This document shows positions 12,821-26,287 of a DNA stretch of 64,000 bases, one piece after another. Position numbers and translations under genes: made by a program. The notes under the pieces were generated by a model. The model made no database searches. It had not been told where the DNA came from and was given only the letters and a program-made list of their open reading frames with translations. The first letter of the stretch is position 1, and the number at the start of each line of letters is the position of its first letter. Source of the DNA: Phyllobates terribilis (Eukaryota); NCBI RefSeq assembly GCF_046119375.1, contig NW_027362772.1:267716001-267780000 (forward strand), written 5' to 3'.

Positions 12821-15800
12821 TTACTCTCCCCAGGATGACACAGGGGTAGAAAAGTCGTTTCGGATCCATGATTTGTTCATCTTTATGAACGTGAGTCTGT
12901 CTACATTATCAGTGGAGAGCCGCGTGCGCTTATCTGTCAGCACACCACCAGCAGCGCTGAACACACGTTCAGACAGAACGCTGGCTGCGGGGCATGACAA
13001 GATCTCCAAGGCGTAAGTGGCTAGCTCCGGCCATTTATCCAGATTGGAAGCCCAAAAAGAGCAAGGGTCCAGTGACACAGTCGTGGCTTCAATGTTTACT
13101 TGGAGATACTCATGTACCATCGTCTCTAGGCGTTGACTATGTGTCAGACTTCTTGTCTCCTGTGGCCTTGCAAAGGATGGGCTAAAAAAGTGGTGAAATG
13201 ATTCCGCAAAATTGATGTTACCACCAGATACTGTGGTTCTGTTACGGTTTGAGTGCTGAACACTTGACGGTCCCACGGTTGGCAAGTTGGAACTGTGAGA
13301 TTCACTACGTGCACCACTGGTATTTTGCGGAAAAGCACATGTAAGATTCTGCAACAGTCTCTGCTGATACTCCTGCATGCGTGCATCCCTTTCTATGGCA
13401 GGAATAATTTCTGCAAATTTACTTTTGTACCGGGGATCTAACAGTGTGGCAACCCAGTAGTCAGGATTATTTCTAATTCTCACAATTCGAGGGTCATGTT
13501 GCAGGTAGTGCAGCAAGAAGGCACTCATGTGTGTTGCGCATCCAGGAGCACCAAGTCCCTGTTGTGTTGGTGGCAAGGTAACAATCATGCTTCCTTCCTC
13601 TGTCCTCTCCCCCCAACCTCGCACAACAGAAATGTGATCAAGGTCTCCCTCATCTGATGAGTCTTCCATCAGTTCGTCCTCCACTTCTTCCTGGGCTCCT
13701 GCACCTTCCTCACTAGTTTGGCTGCTACCATGCGCCCTGGTAAAACCATCTCCCCCACCCTCACATGCCTGCCGCCTTGGTGCTGCCGACCGTCTGGACC
13801 TTGCAGATGTTAGCCCTTCCGCATACAACTCCTCCTCCTCTACTTCCTCCACCTCCTCTTGTGCCACCACCTGACTCCGAATTCTGTTTAACATGTGCTC
13901 CAGCATGTAAATCACCGGAATAGTCATGCTGATAATGGCATCGTCAGCACTAAACATCTTCGTCGCCATTTCAAAACTGTGCAGAAGGGTGCATAGGTCC
14001 CTGATCTGAGACCACTCCTCCAGCGTGATTTGCCCCACCTCTGAATCTCGTTGGCCCAGGCTATACGTCAGATCGTATTGCACCAGGGCTTGTCGGTGCT
14101 GCCACAGTCGCTGCAACATGTGCAGAGTTGAATTCCACCGGGTAGGTACATCGCATTTTAGCCGGTGAAGTGGCAGGCCCAACGACTTATGTAGAGAAGT
14201 AAGTCGCTGAGCTGCGGGATGCGAACGGCGGAAGTGAGCACACAGCGACCGTGCCCTCTTCAGAAGGCCATCTAGTCTGGGATAGTGGGCTAAAAATTGC
14301 TGGACAACCAGGTTCAACACGTGAGCCATACAAGGCAAGTGTGTGACATTGCCCCGGCGAAGGGCCGCACCCAGGTTTGCAGCATTGTCGCACACGGCCT
14401 TCCCTGGTTGCAGGTCCAGTGGAGACAACCATTCATGAAATTGGTTCTCCAGAGCTGACCACAACTCCTCAGCTGTGTGACTCACATTTCCCAGACATTT
14501 CAATGTAAAAACCGCCTGATGACGTTGAGCCCTACTGCCAGCATAGTAAGGAGGTGTGCAGGATCCCTTCTGCGCAGTTAGTTAGCTTGTGGCATGACCA
14601 GACAGGCTTTGGGTGCAGGTGGAAGACCGAGAGGAGGTTGAGGAGGCAGAAGCAGTGGAGGAACTTTGACATAAAGAGGATTGACGCACAACTCGTGGGG
14701 ACGGCAAGACTTGGACAGCAGCCCCTTGTCCTGCTGTCACCATAGTTACCCAGTGCCCAGTCAGCGACATGTAACGCCCCTGTCCATGCCTACTCGTCCA
14801 AGTGTCTGTGGTGAAATGCACCCTGTCACACACAGAGTTTCTCAAAGAAGCGGTGATGTTGTGTGCGACATGCTTGTGGAGCGCAGGCACACCTTTCTTT
14901 GAGAAGTAGTGCCGACTGGGCATCTGGTACTGGGGCACTGCGACGGACATAAGGTCTCGAAAATCCTCTGTGTCCACCAGGCGGAAAGGCAGCATTTCTG
15001 TAGCCAAGAGCTTGCAGATGGTGAAATTCAACCTCTTAGCTTTCTCATGGCTAGGAGGAAATGGTCTTTTACTTGTCCACATCTGAGGGACCGAGGGCTG
15101 GCTATTGTGCTTAGACGGGGTTGATAAGGGTGTCCCCGGCAAACTGCCGGTCTGTGAGGAAGATGCAGGCGGACATGTTAGGTTGCCTTGATCCAAAGGT
15201 GGTGCTATCGATGTCGGACAGCGCTCAACACCAGCTGCTGTTACCACCTCCAAAGAAAATGATGACCTGCCAATCACGCTGGCTGTTGCGGGTAAAGAGG
15301 TGGCAGGTCTGCGCCCCAAAACAGGTGTGACTGCTGTCCCCCCAGTCACAGAGGATGAAGAGGCCGCGGATGCACAAGATATGGCAGACGGTGGTTGGCC
15401 CGGCCGGCTAGGCCGCATTGTAGCACACTGAGCTTCCCACTGCAACTTATGCTTCATGTCCATGTGCCGGTTCATGCATGAAGTACTCAAACTATGTATT
15501 TTTTGGCCTCCACTTAGCTTTTGCTGACAAATGTTACAGATAACACGAGTTGGGTCATCTTTATCGATCTGAAAAAATGCCCAGGCTATGCAAGGCTTAG
15601 CACCCATGCGACCTGAAGAGTCACCACGACTTGTGGTGAGAGGCAGAGTTGTGTTTGAGGATGCAGTTGTTGACGTGCTTCCAGTACTACGTCTCTGTCC
15701 AGGAAGGCGCAACCTGACCTCGTCGTCACTAGCATCTTCCTCCACCTCCTCTGCTGACCTCATCTCTTGGCTGACTGTGGGTTGACAGTAAGTGGGATCT

Positions 15801-16522
15801 CCAACCTCATCATCATCACCCTGTGTGTTATCACACCCGTCGTCCTCAGAGCCAACCTGTTCCTGCCCTGACAAAAAACTAATGTTGTCGCTCCAATCAG
15901 GTATTTGAGTCTTATCATCGTCTTCCTCATTGTCTCCACCAACAGGAGTTACAGTTTGGGAATGAGGGTCTACATTATGGTCAGAACCTTCTGCGTCTGG
16001 TCCTGGATCCGACTCATAAAGATTCTGGGCATCAGTGCAGATCATTTCCTCGTCTGGATTCACAGAAGCGCTGGAGTCGACCTCTGATTCCCAGGCTATA
16101 GTATGAGTAAACAGCTCTGCAGACTCAACCATCTGTTCTACCTCATACTCAGACGGGCAGCTGGAGATTTGGGAGCTGTGAGGAAGCAAGTGCGATTTGG
16201 GTGACACCTTTGATGACTGGAGTATTTGTGATGTTGAAGTTGATGTGGAGGAGAGCCCACTTAAAGGAGCACTTGATATCCGTTGAAGCACCTGCTGTTT
16301 TTGTGCCTCATCTGGAATTTGTAGCGATTGGCGTGGCCGTAAGAAAGGGATCTTATCACATTGTCCGCTAAAAGAAGTAGACATTTTAGTTTGGCTGGAA
16401 GATGGTCTTTCTTCTGCAGATGTTACTGTTGCTTTAACACCTACCCCACGGACACAACCTTTTTTCCCCTTCCCAACACGCCTATTCCCCTTTCCACCAG
16501 CAGCAGGCCTTTTTCCACTCAT
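12821..16522 (-). pseudogene. hAT transposase of A1, 1233 codons with one in-frame stop (14582-14584)
   Basis: BED finger (WAFF..CNIC..MNRHMDMKH), TTDTW, CDNAANL, CMAHVLNL, TRWNST, C-terminal CPAASVLSERVFS. ORFs 14582-16522 and 12821-14503 are in the same frame. Confidence 0.93.
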
Positions 16523-16639
16523 TTTGGTGGTTAACTAATTCACAACTCTGGAGTTGTTTTCACAAAAAAACAATGGATGGTAACCGAGCAGAGCTGAGTG
16601 GCCAAACTGTGGTATTAGGCCAAAACTATTGGCTGGGTT

Positions 16640-17035
16640 AGATGCAGAAAAAAATATATTCAGTTTGCAACCTGATGGAGGTCAGTATAGATGGACTAAT
16701 ACAACAAGTCCCACACACAGCTAGAAGCCCAATATTTTTTCAGAGGTAGATGCAGAAAAAAATATATTCAGTTTGCAACCTGATGGAGGTCAGTATAGAT
16801 GGACTAATACAACAAGTCCCACACACAGCTAGAAGCCCAAATATTTTTTCAGAGGTAGATGCAGAAAAAAATATATTCAGTTTGCAACCTGATGGAGGTC
16901 AGTATAGATGGACTAATACAACAAGTCCCACACACAGCTAGAAGCCCAAATATTTTTTCAGAGGTACTGTAGATGCAGATAAAAATTAGTTTTAATTTGC
17001 AACCTGATGGAGGTCAGTATAGATGGACTAATAGA
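16640..17035 (-). repeat. 108-bp tandem array inside A1 (~3.6 units)
   Basis: GATGCAGA...CAACCTGATGGAGGTCAGTATAGATGGACTAAT unit starts at 16641, 16749, 16858 and 16972. Confidence 0.92.
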
Positions 17036-19037
17036 ATGATGCTATGCCCAAAAGATTTTACTTCACTAGGTGCAGTAAAAAAATTGGTATTCTATACACA
17101 GGTGGTATATCTTGCAGCACAGATAGGCTACTCCACTGACTAACACACTCTGCAATAGGCCAAAAAGGATTAGCTTTGCTAGATTCAGCCAAATGCTGTG
17201 AAAAAAACTTGCACAGCACTGGCACAGACCTGCCTGGCAAAAACTGATAGGAACTGTTGTAACCTAGTCCTGAAAAGGACTCCAATTACAATTAGTCTTT
17301 ACTCCCACAACCTATCTATTTAAGAGCACAGACCTCCCTGATAAAAGTCGTAGGAAATGCTGTAACCTAGTCCTTAAAAGGACTGCAATCACAACTATTC
17401 CCTACTCCCAAGCTATCTGTATATTTGTGCGAAAATTGGCTTGAAATTAACAAGGTATAGCGCACACAGCAACAGCGGTGCCGTCTAACACGCAGCTGCA
17501 GCAGTGAGAAAATGGTGGCGACGGGGAAAATGGCTTGGTCTTATAGGGCAAGGACATGTGACATACACTGCCAATGACACATGCCCTTGCTTGTGTGAAA
17601 AAAAGCACTTCGCTCCGTGTGTGCGCTGCTGATAGGCTGACAGATTGCACCTCCCCACTGCAAATGCGGGAAAGAGAAAAAAAAATGGAGATCTTCATTG
17701 TTCCTGCAGAGATCCATCCCCTGCCCCTCCCCCCACCCCGCTGTACACTCAAACTGCGTATTAACATTAATTTTCATCATTACTGAGAAAAAATCCAGTT
17801 ATGATTTTGGTGCACGAACAGTTATCGAACATAACCTCGAACAGCCGAATTTTTATCAAATTGTTCGTGTTCGCCGAACGGCTCGAACACCACCCAAAAC
17901 AGCTCGAATTTGAGATTGGCGAACAGTTCGAGTAGAACAACGCTCATCTCTACTAATCACACTATGATCAAACTCTGATTGGGGTTTGATCACAGTTTGA
18001 TCATAGTGTACTCCGACTTTCTCAGATGTAGAGAAGATGGAAAAAAATGTCTCCATCTTCTCCATTTTGTCAGTTCTTGTCATGTCAGATCGCACTAGGA
18101 CCAAAAATATGTTTGTCCGCACGAGTCCTAACGCTTTATGGCCTCAGAGTCAGCACAAGCAGCATAATGCAGTAATGAAGTATATTAGGTGGTAGGGTGG
18201 AAGAAAGAAAAGAAGCTCCAGTTGGAGACAAATAAGGCAAGCTACAGACCAAGAAGGGACAATCTAAACCCAAAACTGCTCATGATGATGGAAGCCCATG
18301 ACTTGAACCTTTTCATACTGGCCAGACTATAGGCTTGCCGTTTGATCAGTCTCTCTGGATATGGAGTGCATTGGGAGCTAGAAGAAGGGTGACCAACAGG
18401 CAGGAAGGTTTCCTTTCTAATATATATAACTTTCTGAAAAATTTTGCAATAAGACACATAATTAGCATGCGATTAGCACACTATTATCTCCATATGGTAA
18501 TGAGCCATGATTCATATTGTGCAGACTATGATTAGCACCTTATCTCTCTGTATTAGCAGGTACATTAAGGTGTAGAAGAAGACGGCATAGCTGTTGGCAA
18601 ACATGTGGCTGAATATTAACCCTTCTCTGGCAGTTGGGTTTGCCCTTGCCACAGCTGTTATAGAGTGTGACAATATTATTTAATAGCATATGATTTGTTG
18701 TATATGGTGACAATTTCATTGTAAATGTATTTTTTAGCAACAGCATGGTGGTATTATACAGATACTATGTGGTAATATGTGATCAAGAAGTGGTATTATT
18801 TGGACCATATATATTTCACATATAACTTTATGACCAGTGATGAATTTCCTAAAGGAGAAAATCTAAGCATAGTAAGATTTAATCAATTGAAAAGGTGAGG
18901 AAACTACTCACCTGATGCATTTGTGAAAACAGATTCACAACTCCTGCTTAAAGTATGGATGAATTTGCGAAAGACTGTCGCCGACCTGCTGAAGTGGGAT
19001 TGGACTTTGAGACAAGGAGCATCCCACAGTGTGGATA

Positions 19038-19271
19038 CCGGAATGGAGAACTAGGGAATGGCGCTGTCTTTGCCACCGAGTGAGATCAAGGTGCAGGAAC
19101 TTCAGGTTGCTTGTAGGTAAAAGTTTTATTTACACTGATATAAAACAAATAAAAACTATAGAAACAGCGTGTTTTGGCTGCTTGCAGCCTTCTTCAGGTT
19201 TACCTGAAGTTCCTGCACCTTGATCTAACTCGGTGACAAGGACAGCGCCATTCCCTAGTACTTCATTCTGG
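19038..19271. repeat. Penelope-type inverted-repeat relic with a decayed hammerhead motif in the loop
   Basis: ~70-bp arms 19038-19107 / 19202-19271. The loop on the minus strand reads CCTGAAGAAGGCTGC-AA-GCAGCC-AAAAC (19168-19198). Confidence 0.6.
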
Positions 19272-20529
19272 CATAATTTTATGACAGTAATTCTTAGAGA
19301 TATAGGGTCAGATTCATCAAAACTTTAAAGCCAGAATTCTGGTAAAAAAGCTTTGTAAAAGTTGCAAAATTTTGGCACAACATAAGGCTGCACTAACATT
19401 TAGTAAATTTTGTCATTCTCACTGCATTTTCGCTTCTGTCCAAAAAAAAGTGGGCAGAGTTGGGGTGGGACTGTTAAGGGAGGGCAATGGCCCTTCACAG
19501 TTGACCAAGTGAGTGTCAAATTATTATGTTGATTGCGCAATCCAACAGAGAACCAGACAGAGACAGTGCTTGCTCTGTATGGGAGGATTCAAAAGAATCT
19601 CTGATCCCATTTATTTTGCTTAGCATTTTATATTATTTTGAGTTTATTAATGTCCAATTATCTACACCCATACTACAGGCTGGAACCAATGTTAGTACAA
19701 TTATTACAGAAATACACATATGGTCATATAATCGTTAGTTCGGTGCATGGTGGAAATGTACAAGGTCAATCCTGGCCTAGACTAGTTAGATAACAGGAGT
19801 GGGGTGTCTGACAAAATGTTCTTGAGATAAAAAGTTAGTGTGGGAAAGTTCCATGGGAAGAGAAAGAAAGAATGTATGTTATGCAAGAAGTGATAATAAC
19901 TAGTGTTGAGCGAACATGCTCGACACTGCTCGGTACTCGCCCGAGCATCACGCTTCTCGGGATGTTCGGCGAGCACCGAGCATTTCCGGGTTACTCGGGC
20001 GGGAGCTCGAGTCTCCGCCCTGCATGTTTGGCGCTCTTTACAGAGCCAATGAACATGCAGGGATTGCCAGCCAGTCACTGTAATGCCGCAGCCATGTTGT
20101 TTGTGGGCATTACAGTGATTGGCTGGCCGCACAGCGTCACCTCGAGTATTTAAAACCGGGCGTCGCCATCTTGGACACATTCGCTCCGGATCAGACAGTG
20201 TAGGGTGCTGATTTAGGGAGAGATATATCCTGCAAAATAGTTAGTGTAGGGTCTGTAAAGGCTGCCAGATCAAACAAACAGTCCTTCTCAGGACTAATAT
20301 CCATCCCAGGTATATCAGGCAGGCAGGCAGGCTGTATAGGAGACGCAGTGGTTATACCAGCAAACGCTGCATTACAGTCCTGTGTGCTGCTCCTGTTGCT
20401 GAAATTGCTGGACCCGGGGGCCAGGAAAAATCCTTTTTTTTTAATCTAAATCCTCTTTTTTTTTTCCTCCTTCACAATGTACAAATACCCATCTTATTAA
20501 CCTTTTGGTGCCCCCCCCAAAAAAAAATG

Positions 20530-21900
20530 TGTGCCTCTGATTTTTCAGACACAAATATATCTGTTGAAAATAGTCTGGTGTAGGCCAGAGAAATAGAAGT
20601 GTGGTTTTGCAGTTCTATGGGCCATTTGTATCTAAAAAAAATAGTTTGAGTGTGTCGCTCACTGTTCAGCCGCAAATATATATATATTTTAAAAAGCCTG
20701 GCATACACCAGTAAATTATTACTGTGGTTTTGATGTTCCACGGTAAAACATCTCTATTATCCTGTTTTTGGCTTTTTTGCTGTATTAAAATAATAATAGT
20801 GTCTCCCTGATTTTTCAGACACAAATATATCTGTTGAAAATAGTCTGGTGTAGGCCAGAGAGACAGAAGTGTGCTTTTGCTGTTCTACGGTAAAAAATCT
20901 CTATTATCCTGCTTTTTGCATTTTTTGCTGTAAAAAAAAAAAAAATAGTGTCTCCCTGATTTTTCAGACACAAATATATCTGTTGAAAATAGTCTGGTGA
21001 AGGCCCGAGAAATACAAGCGTGGTTTTGCAGTTCCACGGTACAAACCTCTGTATTATCCACTTTTGGACCATTTGTATCTAAAAAAAACAGTTTGAGTGT
21101 GTCGCTCACTGTTCAGCCGCAAATATATATATATTTTAAAAAGCCTGGTATACACCAGTAAATTATTACTATGGTTTTGATGTTCCACGGTAAAACATCT
21201 CTATTATCCTGTTTTTGGCATTTTTTGCTGTATAAAAATAATAATAGTGTCTCCCTGATTTTTCAGACACAAATATATCTGTTGAAAATAGTCTGGTGTA
21301 GGCCAGAGAGACAAAAGTGTGCTTTTGCTGTTCCACGGTAAAAAATCTCTATTATCCTGCTTTTTGCATTTTTTGCTGTAAAAAAAAAAAAAAATAGTGT
21401 CTCCCTGATTTTTCAGACACAAATATATCTGTTGAAAATAGTCTGGTGTAGGCCCGAGAAATACAAGTGTGGTTTTCCAGTTCCACGGTACAAACCTCTG
21501 TATTATCCACTTTTGGGCCATTTGTATCTAAAAAAAACAGTTTGAGTGTGTCGCTCACTGTTCAGCCGCAAATATATATATATTTTATAAAGCCTGGTAT
21601 ACACCAGTAAATTATAACTGTGGTTTTGCTGTTCCACGGTAAAAAATCTCTATTATTCAGGTTTTGGTAGTTTTTTCCGTAAAGAAAAACAGTAGTGTCT
21701 CCTGACTGTTGTGACACAAAAATATATCTGTTGAAAATAGTCTTGTGTAGGCCCGACATCCCAGTGTGGTTTCGCAGTTCCACGGGTCAAATCGCTGTAC
21801 TATCCAGTTTTGGGCCTTTGGTATCTAAAAAAAAAGCAGTTTGAGTGTGTCGCTCACTGTTCAGCCGCAAATATCTCTATTTAAAAAAGTGTGGTATACC
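20530..21900 (+). repeat. Higher-order tandem array in hAT-B 5' region (~449-bp unit built from ~150-bp subunits, ~3 units)
   Basis: CTGTTGAAAATAGTC anchor at 20561, 20831, 20980, 21279, 21429 and 21728; every second spacing from 20831 onward is 448-449 bp. Confidence 0.85.
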
Positions 21901-22005
21901 CCAGTAAACAATAACTGTGGTTTTCCTCTTCCACGGTTCTAATCTACTCTTTATTACCCTTTTTCCATTGATAGTGCAAGTGTAAGCTATTTTACTTCAT
22001 TTACA

Positions 22006-25000
22006 ATGGGCAAGGCGCGTGGCAAGGGACGAGGAAGTGGACGTTCTGGTGATGGTTCGTGCAGAGGACGGGGCCGTGGCCAAGGTGAAAATGTGCCACA
22101 ACCAACAGCCACATCTTCTCGCTCCCACTTCTTGACCGAATTACTAGGGAAGCACAGAACTACACCAGTATTGAGAATTGATCAGTGTGAACAGGTTATT
22201 AATTGGATAGCAGACAATACTTCCAGTTACCTGGGCACCACCACCTCCGGTCTGTCTTCCACACGGTCAACTCTTAGTAGCCGTGAGTCTCGACGGCATA
22301 CTCCTCCTCACCCTGATGCTCCTTCCTCCCACCATGCCGAGTGTCGTCACACAGCAAGTGATCCCACGCTTGGACACTCTGAAGAGCTGTTCACTGGTCC
22401 ATTTCCATATTTGGGCCCCTCGCCTGATACGCTTGAAGTGGTGGAAGAGGAGATCCCATGTTGCGATGCCCAAATATTTGAACAGCCACGGCCACAGGAA
22501 GTCGACGTTGGCAATCTGTCACAAGAGGTGGACGATGACGAGACACAATTGCCAGGAAGTGAGGAGGAGGATCGTGGTGCGCAAGTGGAAGAGGAGGAGG
22601 TGGTGGATGATCTAGTAACTGACCCAACGTGGAAGGAGGACATGCAGAGTGAGGCCAGTAGCACACAGGGGGGGGAGGCAGAGTACCCCAACAGGCAGGA
22701 AGAAGCAGTGTGGTGGCCGCAGACAGAAAGCAGGCAACCGTTCCCCGTAACACCAACACGAGGGACGTTGCCAGTACAAGCGGTAGGTCTTCCAGAGTCT
22801 GGAATTTTTTTAAAGACTCTGCTGATAACCCCAAAAAGGCCATATGTTCCACCTGCCATGCCAGCATCAGCAAGGGTGACAAAACTACCAGCCTGACCAC
22901 CACCAGCATGATCAGGCACATGGCAGCAAAGCACCCGACTTTGTGGGGCAAAATCCAGGGTCCACGACCAGTGTCAGCGGGTGTCACCACTGCTTCTTCC
23001 ACTGTTGTGCGTGCAATAGAACCCCCTGTTGTGTGTGCAAGGCAAACCCCTGTCCATACTGAATGCAAAGATGCCCCCTCCTCTCAGTCTTCACTTGTTA
23101 TGGCAGTTTCTCAAGAAACAGCATCAACGTCCACGTCCCACCGCAGCGTTCAATTGTCCATATCCCAGACCTTTGAACGAAAGCGGAAATTCGCAGCTAA
23201 CGCCCCACAGGCCACAGTCCTAAATTCACACATTTCACGACTGCTTGCATTGGAAATGCTGCCTTTTAGGCTGGTGGAGACGGAATCCTTCCGCAATCTT
23301 ATGGCGGTGGCCGTCCCTCGGTACTCGGTCCCCAGCCAACACTATTTTGCCCGGTATGCCATCCCCGCACTACACAAGCACGTGTCCCAAAGCATCTGCC
23401 GTGCCCTCAACAACGCAGTTACTGGGAGAGTCCACCTGACAACGGACACGTGGACAAGTGCTTGTGGCCAGGGACGGTACATCTCTCTGACGGCACACTG
23501 GGTAAACATAGTGGAAGCCGGGACCCAGTCGGATCTTGGGATGGAACACATCCTCCCCACACCGAGGATTGCGGGCCCTATGTCATTCAGAGTTTCCCCC
23601 ACAGTGTACAGCTCCTGCGCATCCTCCTCCTCCTCCTCATGTTCAGCCTCCATCTCAGATATCACCACATCAGTTACAAGCTGGAAGCATTGCAGTACTG
23701 CCTCCGCCAAGCGGCAACAGGCTGTGCTGAAACTCATAAGCTTAGGTGATAAACCTCACACTGCTTGTGAGTTGTGGACAGCTGTGAAAGAGCAGGCAGA
23801 TCTGTGGCTGAGACCGCTGAACCTACATCCCAGCATGGTCATGTGTGACAATGGCCGGAACCTGGTGGCGGCTCTGAGGCGAGGTGAGATCACACACGTA
23901 CCATGCCTGGCTCATGTGCTTAACCTCGTGGTTCAGCGGTTTCTTAAATCGTACCCCGAGTTGCCAGATCTGCTCGTGAAAGTACGCCGCCTGTCAGCTC
24001 ATTTTCGCAAGTCGGCTACAGCTTCCGCCGCCCTTGCTGTGCTGCAGCAGCGTTTGCAGCTTCCGGCACACCGACTGGTGTGTGATGTCCCCACACGTTG
24101 GAACTCTACCCTCCACATGTTGCAAAGGATTTGTGAGCAGAAGAGAGCAGTTGTGGAGTACCAGCTGCAACAAGGCCGTCGATATTCAGGTCAGACTCCA
24201 CACATAAGACCTCAGGAGTGGACCTGGATGTCTGACATATGTACCATCCTGACAAACTTTGAGGAGGCCACCCAGATGGTGAGTGGCGATGACACCATCA
24301 TTAGCGTCAGCATCCCACTTGTCTGTCTTTTGCAACGCTCTCTGCAGAGAATTAAAGAGGAGGCATTGCAGCCAGAGTATGATGAGATGGATCAAGAAGA
24401 CGTAGCGGGCGATTACACACAGCCCAGCCTCATCTCATCCCAACGTGCATTGGGGACAATGAGGGAGAGGAGGAGGAGGAGGAAGAACAGGAGCTGCTAT
24501 CATGCGTTGTAGACGGTAGTACCTGTACAAGTGTCATACCGTTGGTTCAGCGTGGGTGGCCTGAGGACAGGGGGGAGGAGGAAGAGGAGGAGGAGGAGAG
24601 CATGGTCAGTCGTCATCTTGGTGAGGACACGGAAATATTTTTCCCGTTACCAGTCTGGCACGCATGGCTGACTTTATGTTACGCTGCCTTAAGCGTGACC
24701 CTCGCGTTGTCAAAATGTTGTGTGACAGTCATTACTGGTTGGTGACACTTGTAGACCCCCGCTGCAAGGAGAACTTTCACTCTCTTATTCCTGAGGTGGA
24801 GAGGTCTACAAAAATGGGGCAATACCAGAAGGCCCTTGCTGCAGAACTCTTAAAAAAATTCCCATCTGAACACCCTAGCGGCAGAGGTCACAGTTCGTTG
24901 CCCAACCAAGGAGTACAGGCGAGAGAGATGCAACTCCAATCCAGCAGAGGCAGGGGAACATTGTCAACGTTCTGGGGCAGTTTTCTGACACCCGCCCAGC

Positions 25001-25357
25001 TTACAGGCCCTTGAGGCGCGGGGTACTCTCACAAGGAGTGGAAAGTTTCAAAAGATGGTGAGGGAGTACCTTGCCGATCATATCAGCGTCCTCCGTGATT
25101 CCTCTGTGCCTTTTAATTATTGGGTATCCTAGCTGGACACTTGGAATGAACTCGCTCTGTATGCCTTGGAGGTCCTGGCCTGCCCTGCCGCTAGCGTGTT
25201 ATCGGAGCGTGTTTTTAGTGCCGCTGGGGGAATTATAACTGATAAGCGCACTCGCCTGTCAACTGACAATGCTGACGAGCTGACCCTTATCAAAATGAAC
25301 AAGGGCTGGATTGGGCCAGACTTCTCATCACCACCAAATGACAGCAGAGTAACATAA
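22006..25357 (+). pseudogene. hAT transposase of family B, multiply frameshifted
   Basis: MGKARGKGRG start; BED finger VWNFF..CSTC..MIRHMAAKH; TTDTW; CDNGRNL; CLAHVLNL; TRWNST; ACPAASVLSERVFS. Spread over ORFs 22006-22896, 22710-24512, 24664-25014 and 25166-25357. Confidence 0.92.
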
Positions 25358-25501
25358 AGTCAAATCCACTGTGTTATTTCGGGAGGTGTATTCACATGCA
25401 CCGCTTCACACCCACACATGGGTATACGCTTTCTCATTTAGGCTGTTTAATCTTCTTCTCCTTATCCTCAGCCTCCACCACCACTATACCACCAGGGTGC
25501 C

Positions 25502-26287
25502 AGCATTGCAAGTTCCTCAGTCCTAATTTTTGGCAGCTTTTGCTGGGAAAGCATAAGCAAATACCATGGGAGACCCACTCCCCAATAATGGGACTTATGT
25601 TTGTAATATGCTGTACTGCATGGCTCTTGTAAGGGGCATTGCAAGTTGCTCCGTCCTAATTTTTGGCAGCTTTTGCTGGGAAAGCATAAGCAAATACTAT
25701 GGGAGACCCACTCCCCAATAATGGGACTTATGTTTGTAATATGCTGTACTGCATGGCTCTTGTAAGGGGCATTGCAAGTTGCTCCGTCCTAATTTTTGGC
25801 AGCTTTTGCTGGGAAAGCATAAGCAAATACTATGGGAGACCCACTCCCCAATAATGGGACTTATGTTTGTAATATGCTGTACTGCATGGCTCTTGTAAGG
25901 GGCATTGCAAGTTGCTCCGTCCTAATTTTTGGCAGCTTTTGCTGGGAAAGCATAAGCAAATACTATGGGAGACCCACTCCCCAATAATGGGACTTGTGTT
26001 TGTAATATGCTGTACTGCATGGCTCTTGTAAGGGGCATTGCAAGTTGCTCCGTCCTAATTTTTGGCAGCTTTTGCTGGGAAAGCATAAGCAAATACTATA
26101 GGAGACCCACTCCCCAATAATGGGACTTATGGTTGTAATATGCTGTACTGCATGACTCTTGTAAGGGGCATTGCAAGTTGCTCCTTCCTAATTTTTGCCA
26201 GCTTTTGCTTGCAAGGCATAAGCAAATACTATGGGACACCCACTCCCCAATAATGGGACTTATGTTTGTAATATGCTGTACTGCATG
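25502..26287 (+). repeat. 133-bp tandem array (~6 units) in hAT-B 3' region; last unit resumes at 27313 after a solo LTR
   Basis: GCATAAGCAA anchor at 25551, 25684, 25817, 25950, 26083 and 26216. Confidence 0.92.

Larger units (their letters stand above)
8349..17952 (-). mobile_element. hAT DNA transposon family A, copy A1 (9604 bp, cargo-carrying)
   Basis: Exact 8-bp TSD CTAATCAC (8341-8348, 17953-17960). Imperfect TIRs TAGTGTTGAGC / revcomp TAGAGATGAGC. GTTCG/CGAAC-rich subtermini. The flanks rejoin into one palindromic MITE (CATCTGAGAAAATCGG ~8316 / CCGACTTTCTCAGATG ~18015). Confidence 0.95.

Noticed and set aside
12821-16522. Domesticated ZBED-type host gene
   Set aside because: Flanked by TIRs and a TSD, multicopy, and each copy carries a premature stop.
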